Shown here in pieces: positions 1 through 9,482 of a stretch of DNA of 64,000 nt; positions within the stretch are counted from its first letter, which is position 1, and each line of letters opens with the position of its first letter. The notes beneath the pieces were generated by a model. It did no database searches and had not been told where the DNA came from. It worked only from the letters and a program-made list of their open reading frames with translations. A program made the translations under genes and the position numbers. Source of the stretch: a virus; the IMG/VR virus record IMGVR_UViG_3300032229_000533, positions 1 to 64,000 of that record; one strand, given 5' to 3'.

Positions 1-156
1 GCCTGAGGCTCCGTCTATTCCTGACGTTCCACTTGAACCGTCTGTTCCTGAAGTTCCTGAAGAGCCGCTTGTTCCTGAAGAGCCGCTAGTACCTGAAGAA
101 CCATCTGTACCACTAGTACCTGATGTTCCAGAACTTCCAGAACTTCCCGCTGCGCC
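1..156 (-). repeat. Second Gly-X-Y block, truncated by the window edge
   Basis: Reads GAA-GSS-GSS-GTS-GTS-GTD... in the same frame down to position 1. Confidence 0.85.
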
Positions 157-3100
157 GTATACTACAACTTCAATTCCAAGTTTTGAGGAATTCGTAAATG
201 TTCCATTTCCGTTGCTGTACCCATTACACATGAAAGTGAATCCAGTAGCACCGTAAATTTCTATATTATAGATACTTGCATTTACATAATTGATAGGGTT
301 ATCACAATCATATATGCGGAATAAACCAAGAGGTACACTAAGTCCATTGTTAATTATTTTGACCCCATTTAAAGCGTTAGCCACTCCTAGTAATTGGTTG
401 GGAACTGTGTTTGTTTGGGAGCAATCCTCATATCCACCAAAAGAAACTGCGACTGTGTGAACATAATCAGTAGAAGTAAATTGATTAGGTGTTGTTATTG
501 AGCCGTGGTAATTCCAAGCGACTGTGTTAGAAACTATGTCTGATGAAGTGTATTGTAACCCGTTAATAGTTTGATTAAGTTGGGCATCCATAAAAGCAGA
601 ATAAACCACATATCCGCTTGTTCCTGAAGAACCGTCTGTCCCTGAAGTTCCGCTAGTCCCTGAAGAACCACTTGAACCTGAAGTTCCGCTAGTTCCTGAA
701 GAGCCACTTGTTCCTGAAGTGCCAGATGAACCACTTGTTCCATCTGTACCATCTATACCACTTATACCTGAAGTACCTGAAGAACCACTTGTTCCTGATG
801 AACCATCCGTGCCGCTAGTTCCACTTGAACCATCTGTACCACTTGTTCCTGAAGACCCTGAAGTACCTGAAGAACCACTTGTTCCTGATGAACCATCCGT
901 GCCGCTAGTTCCACTTGAACCATCCGTTCCTGAAGTTCCTGAAGTTCCTGATGCACCATCAATACCACTAGTTCCACTTGACCCATCTGTACCACTAGTT
1001 CCTGAAGTTCCTGATGAACCATCTGTACCACTAGTCCCTGATGTTCCTGAAGTTCCACTTGAGCCATCTGTACCACTAGTTCCTGATGTTCCTGACGCTC
1101 CGTCAATACCACTTGTCCCTGAAGAACCACTTGTCCCTGAACTACCATCTGTACCACTTGTTCCACTTGAACCTGAAGTTCCTGAAGAACCACTAGTACC
1201 CGATGAACCATCTGTACCACTTGTTCCACTTGAACCGTCAGTACCGCTAGTTCCGCTTGAACCATCTGTACCACTAGTCCCTGAACTACCATCCGTACCA
1301 CTTGTTCCTGAAGACCCTGAAGTTCCTGATGAACCATCTGTACCACTAGTCCCTGATGTCCCTGAAGTTCCGCTTGAACCATCTGTACCACTAGTCCCTG
1401 ATGTTCCTGATGTTCCTGACGCTCCGTCAATACCACTTGTCCCTGAAGAACCATCTGTTCCACTTGTTCCTGATGAACCTGAGGTTCCTGAAGAACCACT
1501 AGTTCCACTTGAACCGTCAGTACCGCTAGTTCCTGATGTTCCCGAAGAACCGTCAGTACCGCTAGTTCCTGATGTTCCCGAAGAACCGTCAGTACCGCTA
1601 GTTCCGCTTGAACCATCTGTACCACTAGTTCCTGATGAACCGTCAGTACCGCTAGTTCCGCTTGAACCATCTGTACCACTAGTTCCTGATGAACCATCTG
1701 TACCTGAAGTTCCTGAAGTTCCACTTGTCCCTGACGCACCATCTATTCCACTAGTTCCTGAAGAACCATCTGTTCCTGAAGTACCACTTGAACCACTAAC
1801 TCCTGAGGTTCCGCTTGAACCTGAAGTTCCGCTTGAACCTGAAGTTCCAGAAGAACCATTTACCCCACTTATACCGCTAGTTCCTGAAGTACCATCCGTT
1901 CCTGAGGTTCCACTTGTACCTGAAGAACCATCTGTTCCTGAGGTTCCACTTGTTCCTGATGAGCCATCTGTACCTGATGAGCCATCTGTACCTGATGTAC
2001 CTGAACTTCCATCTACACCACTAGTTCCACTTGAGCCGTCCGTTCCGCTAGTCCCTGAAGTTCCTGAGGCTCCATCTACACCACTTGTACCTGAAGAACC
2101 ATCTGTACCACTAGTTCCCGATGAACCGCTAACTCCTGAAGTCCCACTTGAACCATCGGTACCACTTGTTCCTGAACTACCATCGGTACCACTAGTTCCT
2201 GATGAACCATCGGTACCACTAGTTCCTGATGTGCCAGAAGCACCGTCTATACCACTAGTTCCTGAAGAACCTGAAGTTCCACTTGAACCATTTGTTCCAC
2301 TTGTTCCTGAAGTGCCAGATGAACCACTTGTTCCATCTGTACCATCTATACCACTTATACCTGAAGTTCCGCTTGAACCATCTGTTCCGCTAGTTCCTGA
2401 AGTTCCGCTTGAACCATCTGTTCCGCTAGTTCCTGAAGTTCCGCTTGAACCATCTGTTCCGCTAGTTCCTGAAGTTCCGCTTGAACCATCTATTCCGCTA
2501 GTTCCTGAAGTTCCTGAAGAACCATCCGTTCCACTAGTTCCTGAAGTTCCTGAAGCTCCATCAATTCCTGAAGTACCACTTGAACCATTTGTTCCTGAAG
2601 TACCACTTGAACCATCTGTTCCTGAAGTGCCTGATGAACCTGAACTACCATCAGTACCTGAAGTTCCTGAAGAACCATCCGTTCCACTAGTTCCTGAAGT
2701 TCCTGAAGCTCCATCAATTCCTGAAGTACCACTTGAACCATTTGTTCCACTAGTTCCTGATGAACCTGAAGTTCCTGATGAACCATCTGTACCGCTAGTT
2801 CCACTTGACCCATCTGTACCACTAGTTCCTGATGTACCATCTGTACCTGAAGTACCGCTTGAACCATCTGTTCCGCTAGTTCCTGAAGTTCCTGATGAAC
2901 CGTCTACACCACTAGTTCCTGAAGAACCGTCGGTACCTGAAGTACCACTAGTTCCTGAAGAACCGTCGGCACCTGAAGTACCACTAGTTCCTGAAGAACC
3001 ATCTGTACCACTAGTTCCTGAAGAACCATTGGTTCCACTTGAACCTGAAGTTCCGTCAACACCACTTAATCCTGAAGTACCACTAGTTCCATTTGTTCCT

Positions 3101-4419
3101 GATGAACCATTTGTACCACTAGTTCCTGATGAACCATCTGTTCCGCTTGTCCCTGATGAACCATCTGTTCCACTTGTACCATCTGTTCCGCTAGTTCCAT
3201 CTGTTCCGCTAGTTCCTGAAGTACCATTGGTTCCACTTGAACCTGAAGTTCCGTCAACGCCACTTAATCCTGAAGTTCCACTTGTTCCTGATGACCCATC
3301 AATTCCTGAAGTACCACTTGAACCATCCGTACCGCTAGTTCCTGAACTACCATCTGTACCACTAGTACCTGATGAACCATCTATTCCGCTAGTTCCTGAA
3401 GTTCCATTTGTACCACTAGTACCTGAACTACCATTTGTACCACTAGTACCTGAACTACCATTTGTACCTGAGGTTCCGTCAGTTCCTGAAGTACCATCAA
3501 CTCCACTTAATCCTGAAGTTCCGCTAGTTCCTGAAGTTCCTGATGAACCTGTTCCTCCTGTAAATGTAATTACTACGTTTCCACCTCCGTTATCAATAAC
3601 AGAAGCCCCCGAAAAAGTCATACCTGTAACGTTTGTTGCCGTTACACCTGACGTGGCATCATAAACTGTAAGAGGACTTCCACCTCCACCTGTTGTAAAT
3701 CCTGTAACATTAAAAGAAGAACCATCACTACTACTTAAAGTAAGCGTACCTGTCCCACTATTATATGTTCCACCTGTAACAGTACCATTAAATCCTGAGA
3801 TTGTAATGGTTCCACCTGTACTATTATATAAATCTAATTCTTGAGTTCCTGAGAAATATGTCCCACCCGTTATTTGAACGTCAGTACCATAAAATATTTG
3901 CCATCTAGCATTATTCCTTGTAACACCACCAATCCCTTCAATAGTTGAAGCTGTCCAAGCATTAATAAACGCAATACCTTCAGGTGTATCATCATAAACT
4001 TCATATCCTCCACCCAAATCAACGATTGAACCCACAAATTCTGCCGCATCCCATAACGCGGTAAATCCATTAATAGTGTATTGGTAAACTGTGTCATTCT
4101 CTTGAACGTGAACTTGCATACCAAGTCTTCTTCTACCTGAAGAAATACCATCATTATTTAAACTAAGTGTATTTGGAAAACTAAAAGGTACGTTATATAT
4201 AAAACTAATCGGAATTGAGTTTCCAGAATATAATACAGGTCCTCCATTTATTAATACATCATTTGGAATGGTCCAATCTAAATCAGACAGATTGAAAACT
4301 TCTTGATATCCACCAACAAGGTTAACGGAAAATACTGTTCCAAAATCTTGCTCTCTAAGGACTGAAGATGTTCCAGGTACTAAAATTGCCGATACAGGAT
4401 TTTTATATTGAAAACTCAT
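1..4419 (-). CDS. Giant collagen-like (Gly-X-Y, Ser/Thr/Asp-rich) fibre protein, at least 1473 aa, runs off the window start
   Basis: Not in the ORF track because there is no stop codon inside the window. Manual translation from ATG at 4419 gives MSFQYKNPVSAILVPG...RRRLGMQVHVQENDTVYQ..., about 287 aa of globular sequence, then GGT-GSS-GTS-GTS... to 616, a 150-aa domain (GYVVYSAFMDAQ...LGIEVVVY), then a second G-X-Y block. The frame is open to position 1. Confidence 0.92.
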   Translation of the reverse strand, partial: MSFQYKNPVSAILVPGTSSVLREQDFGTVFSVNLVGGYQEVFNLSDLDWTIPNDVLINGGPVLYSGNSIPISFIYNVPFSFPNTLSLNNDGISSGRRRLGMQVHVQENDTVYQYTINGFTALWDAAEFVGSIVDLGGGYEVYDDTPEGIAFINAWTASTIEGIGGVTRNNARWQIFYGTDVQITGGTYFSGTQELDLYNSTGGTITISGFNGTVTGGTYNSGTGTLTLSSSDGSSFNVTGFTTGGGGSPLTVYDATSGVTATNVTGMTFSGASVIDNGGGNVVITFTGGTGSSGTSGTSGTSGLSGVDGTSGTDGTSGTNGSSGTSGTNGSSGTSGTNGTSGTSGIDGSSGTSGTDGSSGTSGTDGSSGTSGIDGSSGTSGTSGLSGVDGTSGSSGTNGTSGTSGTDGTSGTDGTSGTDGSSGTSGTDGSSGTSGTNGSSGTNGTSGTSGLSGVDGTSGSSGTNGSSGTSGTDGSSGTSGTSGADGSSGTSGTSGTDGSSGTSGVDGSSGTSGTSGTDGSSGTSGTDGTSGTSGTDGSSGTSGTDGSSGTSGSSGTSGTNGSSGTSGIDGASGTSGTSGTDGSSGTSGTDGSSGSSGTSGTDGSSGTSGTNGSSGTSGIDGASGTSGTSGTDGSSGTSGTSGIDGSSGTSGTSGTDGSSGTSGTSGTDGSSGTSGTSGTDGSSGTSGISGIDGTDGTSGSSGTSGTSGTNGSSGTSGSSGTSGIDGASGTSGTSGTDGSSGTSGTDGSSGTSGTDGSSGTSGVSGSSGTSGTDGSSGTSGVDGASGTSGTSGTDGSSGTSGVDGSSGTSGTDGSSGTDGSSGTSGTSGTDGSSGTSGTSGTDGTSGTSGISGVNGSSGTSGSSGTSGSSGTSGVSGSSGTSGTDGSSGTSGIDGASGTSGTSGTSGTDGSSGTSGTDGSSGTSGTDGSSGTSGTDGSSGTSGTDGSSGTSGTSGTDGSSGTSGTSGTDGSSGTSGSSGTSGSSGTSGTDGSSGTSGIDGASGTSGTSGTSGTDGSSGTSGTSGTSGTDGSSGTSGSSGTSGTDGSSGTSGTDGSSGTSGTDGSSGTSGTDGSSGTSGSSGTSGSSGTSGTDGSSGTSGSSGTSGIDGASGTSGTSGTDGSSGTSGTSGTSGTDGSSGTSGTSGTDGSSGTSGIDGASGTSGTSGTDGSSGTSGTDGSSGTSGSSGTSGSSGTSGTDGSSGTSGTDGSSGTSGSSGTSGISGIDGTDGTSGSSGTSGTSGSSGTSGTSGSSGSSGTSGTSGTDGSSGTSGYVVYSAFMDAQLNQTINGLQYTSSDIVSNTVAWNYHGSITTPNQFTSTDYVHTVAVSFGGYEDCSQTNTVPNQLLGVANALNGVKIINNGLSVPLGLFRIYDCDNPINYVNASIYNIEIYGATGFTFMCNGYSNGNGTFTNSSKLGIEVVVYGAAGSSGSSGTSGTSGTDGSSGTSGSSGTSGSSGTSGTDGSSGTSGIDGASG
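616..3558 (-). repeat. Uninterrupted Gly-X-Y coding repeat, about 327 triplets (GTS/GSS/GTD), with internal DNA duplications
   Basis: 2943 nt = 327 x 9. The strict P-x-x periodicity of the antisense 981-aa ORF mirrors a Gly codon every third position. Confidence 0.9.
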
Positions 4420-4452
4420 TTTTTATTTCTTTATTATTAAATATTTTATTTT

Positions 4453-6036
4453 TTATATTAAATTACCTCCTTGCCAATATAAATTACCACCGCTGTTAGT
4501 AATGTTCATACCAGAGGTTGGTTTACTTGTATAGACTTTATAAACACCCGCAGGAATGTTTGTGGAACCTGTATAATTTACGATTAAGTTAGAGTAACTT
4601 ACGTTAGCGGTTATACTTGTTCCTGGCGGGTTAGTGTTATTACCAAACTTGATTGTTTGATATTGTTGTCCGTTTGTCGCACCTGTTGGTACCATCCATG
4701 TGTACCAAGCAACTTCTGATGATGGAACTGTGGATGATGGGATAAACGCGGTTTGGAACGTATAAGCAACAACAGGATTTCCTTGTAAGTCAAAACCTCC
4801 TGAAGTAGTTGTAACACCAGTTGTGACAATAGCAGGCTCTGAAGTTCCCCATCCACTATAAGCAATGTATGCATTCATTTGTGAATTGAATGTTGCCTGT
4901 ACTGTTGATGGTGATGTTAAATTAAATCCTCTAAATACACTACCTTGAGACGCCATGTAGGTATTCAACGCACCTCTAATTGTTACATCATTTCTATCTA
5001 TAAATAGAAATGCTAATAATCCTGGAGGTGTAGATGTTGGAGTTATTGTTGGTGTTGGAGTTATTGTACTTGTTGGTGTTTGAGTAGGTGTTTGTGTTGG
5101 AGTTCCACTAGGTGTTTGACTAGGTGTTTGAGTTTGTGTCGGTGTTATTGAAGGTGTTGGAGTTATTGTACTTGTTGGACTTGAAGTTGGGGTTAATGTA
5201 GGTGTTTGGGTTGATGTTTGTGTTGGTGTTTGAGTAGGTGATAATGTAGGGGTTTGAGTTGATGTTTGTGTAGGGGTTTGAGTTGATGTTTGTGTAGGGG
5301 TTTGTGTAGGGGTTTGTGTAGGAGTTTGAGTTGGTGTTTGAGTTGGTGTTTGAGTTGGCGTAGTTGTATTAGACGGTGTTACCGTTTGAGTAGGTGTTTG
5401 TGTTGGTGTGGCACTATTAGACGGTGTTATTGTTTGAGTAGGCGTTTGTGTCTGAGTTGGGGTCTGAGTTGGGGTTTGCGTAGGTGTCTCACTTGGAGTT
5501 TGTGTAGGAGTTGGTGTTTGAGTTTGTGTTGGTGTTTGAGACGCACCAGGACTCATTGTCGGAGTCTGTGTTGGAGTTTGAGTAGGTGTTTGTGTTGGCG
5601 TTTGTGTTGGAGTCGCAGTATTTGTAGTTGTTGGCGTATTAGTCGTTGTTGGAGTTTGTGTTGGAGTTTGTGTTGGAGTTTGTGATGGTGAAGCTCCAGG
5701 AGTTGATGTATTAGTAGGTGTTACGGTATTAGTAGGTGTTACGGTATTAGTAGGTGTAACACTTGGCGTTACACTGGCAGGAGTTGGTGTCGGAGTTGGT
5801 GTCGGAGTTGGTGTACCACATTCAATAGTAACCAAAACACCCTCCAACATTGCATTTCTTGTTTGAGCAGAATAAATTAAAGTAGAATCCAAATAAACAT
5901 TAAATGGACCCAATGCATTTGAGTTAGAAGTTAATCTGACAATATATGTGGAACAACCAGTTACCGATATTTGCTGTTCAATTTCGTTGTTACAACCAAC
6001 AGCATTATTGGTAACCGTTATAGTGTATGTAGTCAT
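4453..6036 (-). CDS. Putative virion appendage protein with a long Thr/Pro/Gln (TPTQ) stalk, 527 aa
   Basis: Small Cys-containing N-domain, about 260 aa of TPT(Q/P) repeats, and a globular C-domain. TATTTAT motif upstream. Confidence 0.7.
   Translation of the reverse strand: MTTYTITVTNNAVGCNNEIEQQISVTGCSTYIVRLTSNSNALGPFNVYLDSTLIYSAQTRNAMLEGVLVTIECGTPTPTPTPTPTPASVTPSVTPTNTVTPTNTVTPTNTSTPGASPSQTPTQTPTQTPTTTNTPTTTNTATPTQTPTQTPTQTPTQTPTMSPGASQTPTQTQTPTPTQTPSETPTQTPTQTPTQTQTPTQTITPSNSATPTQTPTQTVTPSNTTTPTQTPTQTPTQTPTQTPTQTPTQTSTQTPTQTSTQTPTLSPTQTPTQTSTQTPTLTPTSSPTSTITPTPSITPTQTQTPSQTPSGTPTQTPTQTPTSTITPTPTITPTSTPPGLLAFLFIDRNDVTIRGALNTYMASQGSVFRGFNLTSPSTVQATFNSQMNAYIAYSGWGTSEPAIVTTGVTTTSGGFDLQGNPVVAYTFQTAFIPSSTVPSSEVAWYTWMVPTGATNGQQYQTIKFGNNTNPPGTSITANVSYSNLIVNYTGSTNIPAGVYKVYTSKPTSGMNITNSGGNLYWQGGNLI
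5040..5815 (-). repeat. Low-complexity TPTQ coding repeat (12- and 18-bp tandem units)
   Basis: Tandem tgtgtaggggtt copies near 5226-5300 and attagtaggtgttacggt copies near 5710-5760. Confidence 0.85.
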
Positions 6037-6053
6037 CCGCGATAATTTATTAA

Positions 6054-6060
6054 ATAAATA
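6054..6060 (-). promoter_or_regulatory. Putative late promoter TATTTAT
   Basis: 17 nt upstream of the ATG at 6036; one of 14 co-oriented upstream copies. Confidence 0.55.
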
Positions 6061-6112
6061 CCTTAAATGATTACTTTTATTTTAAAAATGGGAAAATTAA
6101 CCAACTAAATAA

Positions 6113-6421
6113 TTAAGTTACTTGCGTGATGTTAATATTAACGATACACGAAGCTAATTGAATGGTTATTTCAAACGCACAACCGTAAGTACATTCTAAG
6201 ATTTTAAATATTTGGCAACCGTTCGCATCAATTAATGTTAACATCACTTCAGGAGCTGTGTTAAATATTGATGGGATTGTTGAATTATAAGTTTGAACAG
6301 GCGGAACAGGTCCAGAGTTTATCGTTGCAAGTGTAGTCGCATTATTACCATAAATGTCAGAAAGTATGACTTGTATTGGGAATGTACCTCCCGATATTTC
6401 CGTTATTCTTATTTGTACCAT
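6113..6421 (-). CDS. Small beta-rich putative structural protein, 102 aa
   Basis: ORF track. Contains a GGTFPIQV / LIDANGC half-repeat resembling the neighbouring SprB-like repeats. Confidence 0.55.
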   Translation of the reverse strand: MVQIRITEISGGTFPIQVILSDIYGNNATTLATINSGPVPPVQTYNSTIPSIFNTAPEVMLTLIDANGCQIFKILECTYGCAFEITIQLASCIVNINITQVT

Positions 6422-6437
6422 ATTAATTTTAATTTAT

Positions 6438-9400
6438 TTATAATGGACATTCTTCTTGACAAGCAATTGTACAAACATTATGTGGTGTGACGCCAGCAAT
6501 AATTGGTCCTGAATTATTTAGTGAGTTACCAATTATCAAAAACACAATTCCTGAACATCCTCCAGGATTTGGTGCATAGAATCTACCAGGTATTGGCGAA
6601 ATTGATGTTGGGAATCTAACATCAACACTACTTGAGGTTAATGTACAACCTGTTGCGAGACCAAATGTGTCATATCCACAAGTGTATTCATCCGCTAAAT
6701 AACCAACATAGGTTATTGGTGGTGCTGGTGTCCCTGTTGGTGTTGAGGTAACTGTAGGTGTAATAGTAGGGGTTGAGGTAACCGTAGGTGTTGTAGTTGT
6801 TGTTGGAGTGCTATTCGGAGTTTTAGTTGGAGTTGGTGTTGTTGTGTTAGTTGGTGTTTGAGTTTGAGTTGTTGTTGGTGTTGGAGTCGGAGTTCTAGTT
6901 AGAGTCGCGGTTGGACATGGGACTGTAGAACACGGCGGTAAAGAACTAAAGTTGTATATTCCTGCAATTACTCCATTTACTATTTCCATAACTTGTGAAG
7001 AGGTAACTCCGTATACCACATTTATAGTTGCAGTTAAAGGTACCGATGTTGTTTGTGTTAATGTTGTGTATAGTTGGGTTCCAACCGTAATACCATCCGT
7101 AACGTAATAGTAATATCCTCTACCCCCAAAAGGTGGAACTTTATTTTCCCAATAACATTTAACATTAGATATTGTATCATTTGCAAAATAATATTCTGAA
7201 CCACAAATAGTCGCACTAGTATATACCACAACTGTCCCAATTTGTCGTGTTGTTGGAGTTGGTGTTTTAGTCACTGTTGGTGTTATTGTTATTGTTGGTG
7301 TTATTGTTGGTGTTATTGTTGGTGTAGGTGTATTTGTTGGTAGGTCACAAGATAAACACATAATATCATAAACAATTGTTAGTTCAACAACAATTTCTTG
7401 ACCATTTAATGTGTCATTACCAGGTTCTGTATTAACAGTTATTTGATTATTTAGTGAATCAAAATTTACCCCACCAATACCAGGTACTGTCAATAATAAA
7501 TCTTTAACAGCGTCATAATAAAGGTTATCACTTGGTGCGGTAACCAAAGTTGTTCCTGTAAAGAAATTTTGGCTTGTAGTTAATCCCATAGGATTAACAG
7601 AAACTTTAACCCCAAACACTGCAGATATTAAATCACAACTAACTTTATCATTAGTTAAATCATCAAAACCTTCGTTTAACATTTGAAGTAACCCGTATTT
7701 AGTTTGTGTTTGAATATTAAATTGTTCGCCACCCATAACATACGTTTGATATGATACATAAAGCTCGTCACAATCAATAACTGTTTCTCTTTGTAAAACA
7801 CAACCAAGGCTATCAACAACAGTTAAACTATATGTTCCAGCGGTTAATCCTGTAACCTGAATTTGTTGTGGATTATTAGGTACATTAGTTGACCAATTAA
7901 ATGTATATGGTGGTGTACCTGTTGAAATTAGTGCGGTCAAAGCCCCGTCGGAACCGCTTCCACATGAAGTGTTATATAAACTGAATTCTAATGGTTCACT
8001 TTCTGCAACATAAACTTGTGTTGTTTGTGTACATCCTGTAGCATCAACCACTGTTATTGTATGTTGTCCTGAAGAAACGTTTGTAAATGTAACCGCGGAT
8101 AATGTTGTGTCTATTACATTTTGAACACCATCTAAAGAATAGTCATAAGGTGACGCTCCCCCTTCAGTTTTAGTAACTAATATTGACCCATTATTCTGAT
8201 TACATGTTGTCCCTGTTACTTCAGTAGATATTGTATATGTGTTAGTCGCAAACAAAGTTATTTCGTCCATATATGAACACCCTGAAGCGTCTTGTACTGC
8301 AACACTATATGTTCCACTTGATAGATTATTGAATACTTGAGTAGTTTGTGAATTTATAACATTGGTTGTATCACCATTAGGATAAATTAAAGTAAAAGTA
8401 TATGGTGATGTACCACCTGCAACCGAAACCGTAATAGAGCCACCATTACTTGAACATGTTGTTCCCTGACTTGAAATTGTAACTGACGCAATACCAAGAG
8501 GTGTTAACAATGAGGCGTTAACAAGTATGTTACAAAAAGCAGAATCAGTTACCAATATATTGTAATCACCAGCAGACAATCCAGATATTGACCAAGAAGT
8601 ACCATATTGAATTTGAACATCCCCTGTTGACGCCGAATAATAATAAGGTGCAGTTCCACCTGTTATTTGTAGTGTTAAAACACCGTCAGCAGAAAAACAA
8701 GTTGGCTGTATTGCAGTGAACGCGCCAAATCCAAGAACGTCAACATCATTTACAACTGCAGTTTCTGTTAATGTACAACCCAAACTATCAGTAACAACAA
8801 CCGAATAAGTTCCTGAAGTTAATCCTGTAATACTACTTGTAGTAAATCCATTATTCCAAAGATAAGTATAAGGAGCAACCCCTGTTTGTCCTGTTACTAT
8901 TATTTTACCTATTGGTGTACCACCACAACTTGAGTTTGGTACCACATATAATCCATAAGTAAATGGCTCACTATCTTCAACAATAAAATTTGCACTTTGT
9001 CCTGTACATCCTCCCAAATCTTGGGCAACCATATAATACGTTCCCGCGGTCAAACTACCAAAAACAATGGTTGAAGTATTTGTTGTTGCAGAGCTAACAA
9101 GTGTATTATCAGCAAAATATAAATAAAAACTGGTTGACGAATAATTTGAAGTAGATGTACCTGTAACTGAACCATTATCTAATTCACAAGTTGTACTTTG
9201 AACTGAAAGGATAGTAGTACAAACACCTGAGGAAACAGGTATATTAATGTAAAATTCTGCGTTAGTAGGTAATGTACTATCATTAACTCTAAGAGCATAT
9301 GTGTCAGCACTTAATGAAGTCCTAACTGATGGGTCTAATGTTACAACATCGGTACCTAAATTTGGACTTACCCATTCAACAGTATATGGAGGAGTTCCAC

Positions 9401-9482
9401 CTGTAAATAAAATAGAGATTGAGCCCGCATCTATGTTTGAACAATCACCCGTTACCGATATATTATAGTTAAATGCTGACAT
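6438..9482 (-). CDS. SprB-repeat and Thr/Pro-linker virion fibre/adhesin, 1014 aa
   Basis: About six to seven repeats of C...GSITV...GG(T/V)xPYTYxW...GLxxGTYSVxVxDxxGC, the SprB-type repeat of Bacteroidota adhesins, plus two TP linkers. Confidence 0.75.
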   Translation of the reverse strand: MSAFNYNISVTGDCSNIDAGSISILFTGGTPPYTVEWVSPNLGTDVVTLDPSVRTSLSADTYALRVNDSTLPTNAEFYINIPVSSGVCTTILSVQSTTCELDNGSVTGTSTSNYSSTSFYLYFADNTLVSSATTNTSTIVFGSLTAGTYYMVAQDLGGCTGQSANFIVEDSEPFTYGLYVVPNSSCGGTPIGKIIVTGQTGVAPYTYLWNNGFTTSSITGLTSGTYSVVVTDSLGCTLTETAVVNDVDVLGFGAFTAIQPTCFSADGVLTLQITGGTAPYYYSASTGDVQIQYGTSWSISGLSAGDYNILVTDSAFCNILVNASLLTPLGIASVTISSQGTTCSSNGGSITVSVAGGTSPYTFTLIYPNGDTTNVINSQTTQVFNNLSSGTYSVAVQDASGCSYMDEITLFATNTYTISTEVTGTTCNQNNGSILVTKTEGGASPYDYSLDGVQNVIDTTLSAVTFTNVSSGQHTITVVDATGCTQTTQVYVAESEPLEFSLYNTSCGSGSDGALTALISTGTPPYTFNWSTNVPNNPQQIQVTGLTAGTYSLTVVDSLGCVLQRETVIDCDELYVSYQTYVMGGEQFNIQTQTKYGLLQMLNEGFDDLTNDKVSCDLISAVFGVKVSVNPMGLTTSQNFFTGTTLVTAPSDNLYYDAVKDLLLTVPGIGGVNFDSLNNQITVNTEPGNDTLNGQEIVVELTIVYDIMCLSCDLPTNTPTPTITPTITPTITITPTVTKTPTPTTRQIGTVVVYTSATICGSEYYFANDTISNVKCYWENKVPPFGGRGYYYYVTDGITVGTQLYTTLTQTTSVPLTATINVVYGVTSSQVMEIVNGVIAGIYNFSSLPPCSTVPCPTATLTRTPTPTPTTTQTQTPTNTTTPTPTKTPNSTPTTTTTPTVTSTPTITPTVTSTPTGTPAPPITYVGYLADEYTCGYDTFGLATGCTLTSSSVDVRFPTSISPIPGRFYAPNPGGCSGIVFLIIGNSLNNSGPIIAGVTPHNVCTIACQEECPL

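Noticed and set aside
719-3664. 981-aa Pro/Glu/Val-rich + strand ORF
   Set aside because: Antisense shadow of the minus-strand Gly-X-Y gene: each Pro mirrors a GGN codon. The minus frame has a proper ATG, globular domains and co-oriented neighbours.
534-4154. Short minus-strand MVQ/QELVV ORFs and the 94-aa ORF at 3870-4154
   Set aside because: Out-of-frame readings of the same fibre gene.
5290-5685. Cys/Trp/Arg-rich + strand ORF
   Set aside because: Antisense of the TPTQ repeat.
616-5815. Possible CRISPR array or non-coding repeat array
   Set aside because: Repeats are in-frame coding units (multiples of 3 or 9 nt) with no unique spacers and no cas genes.
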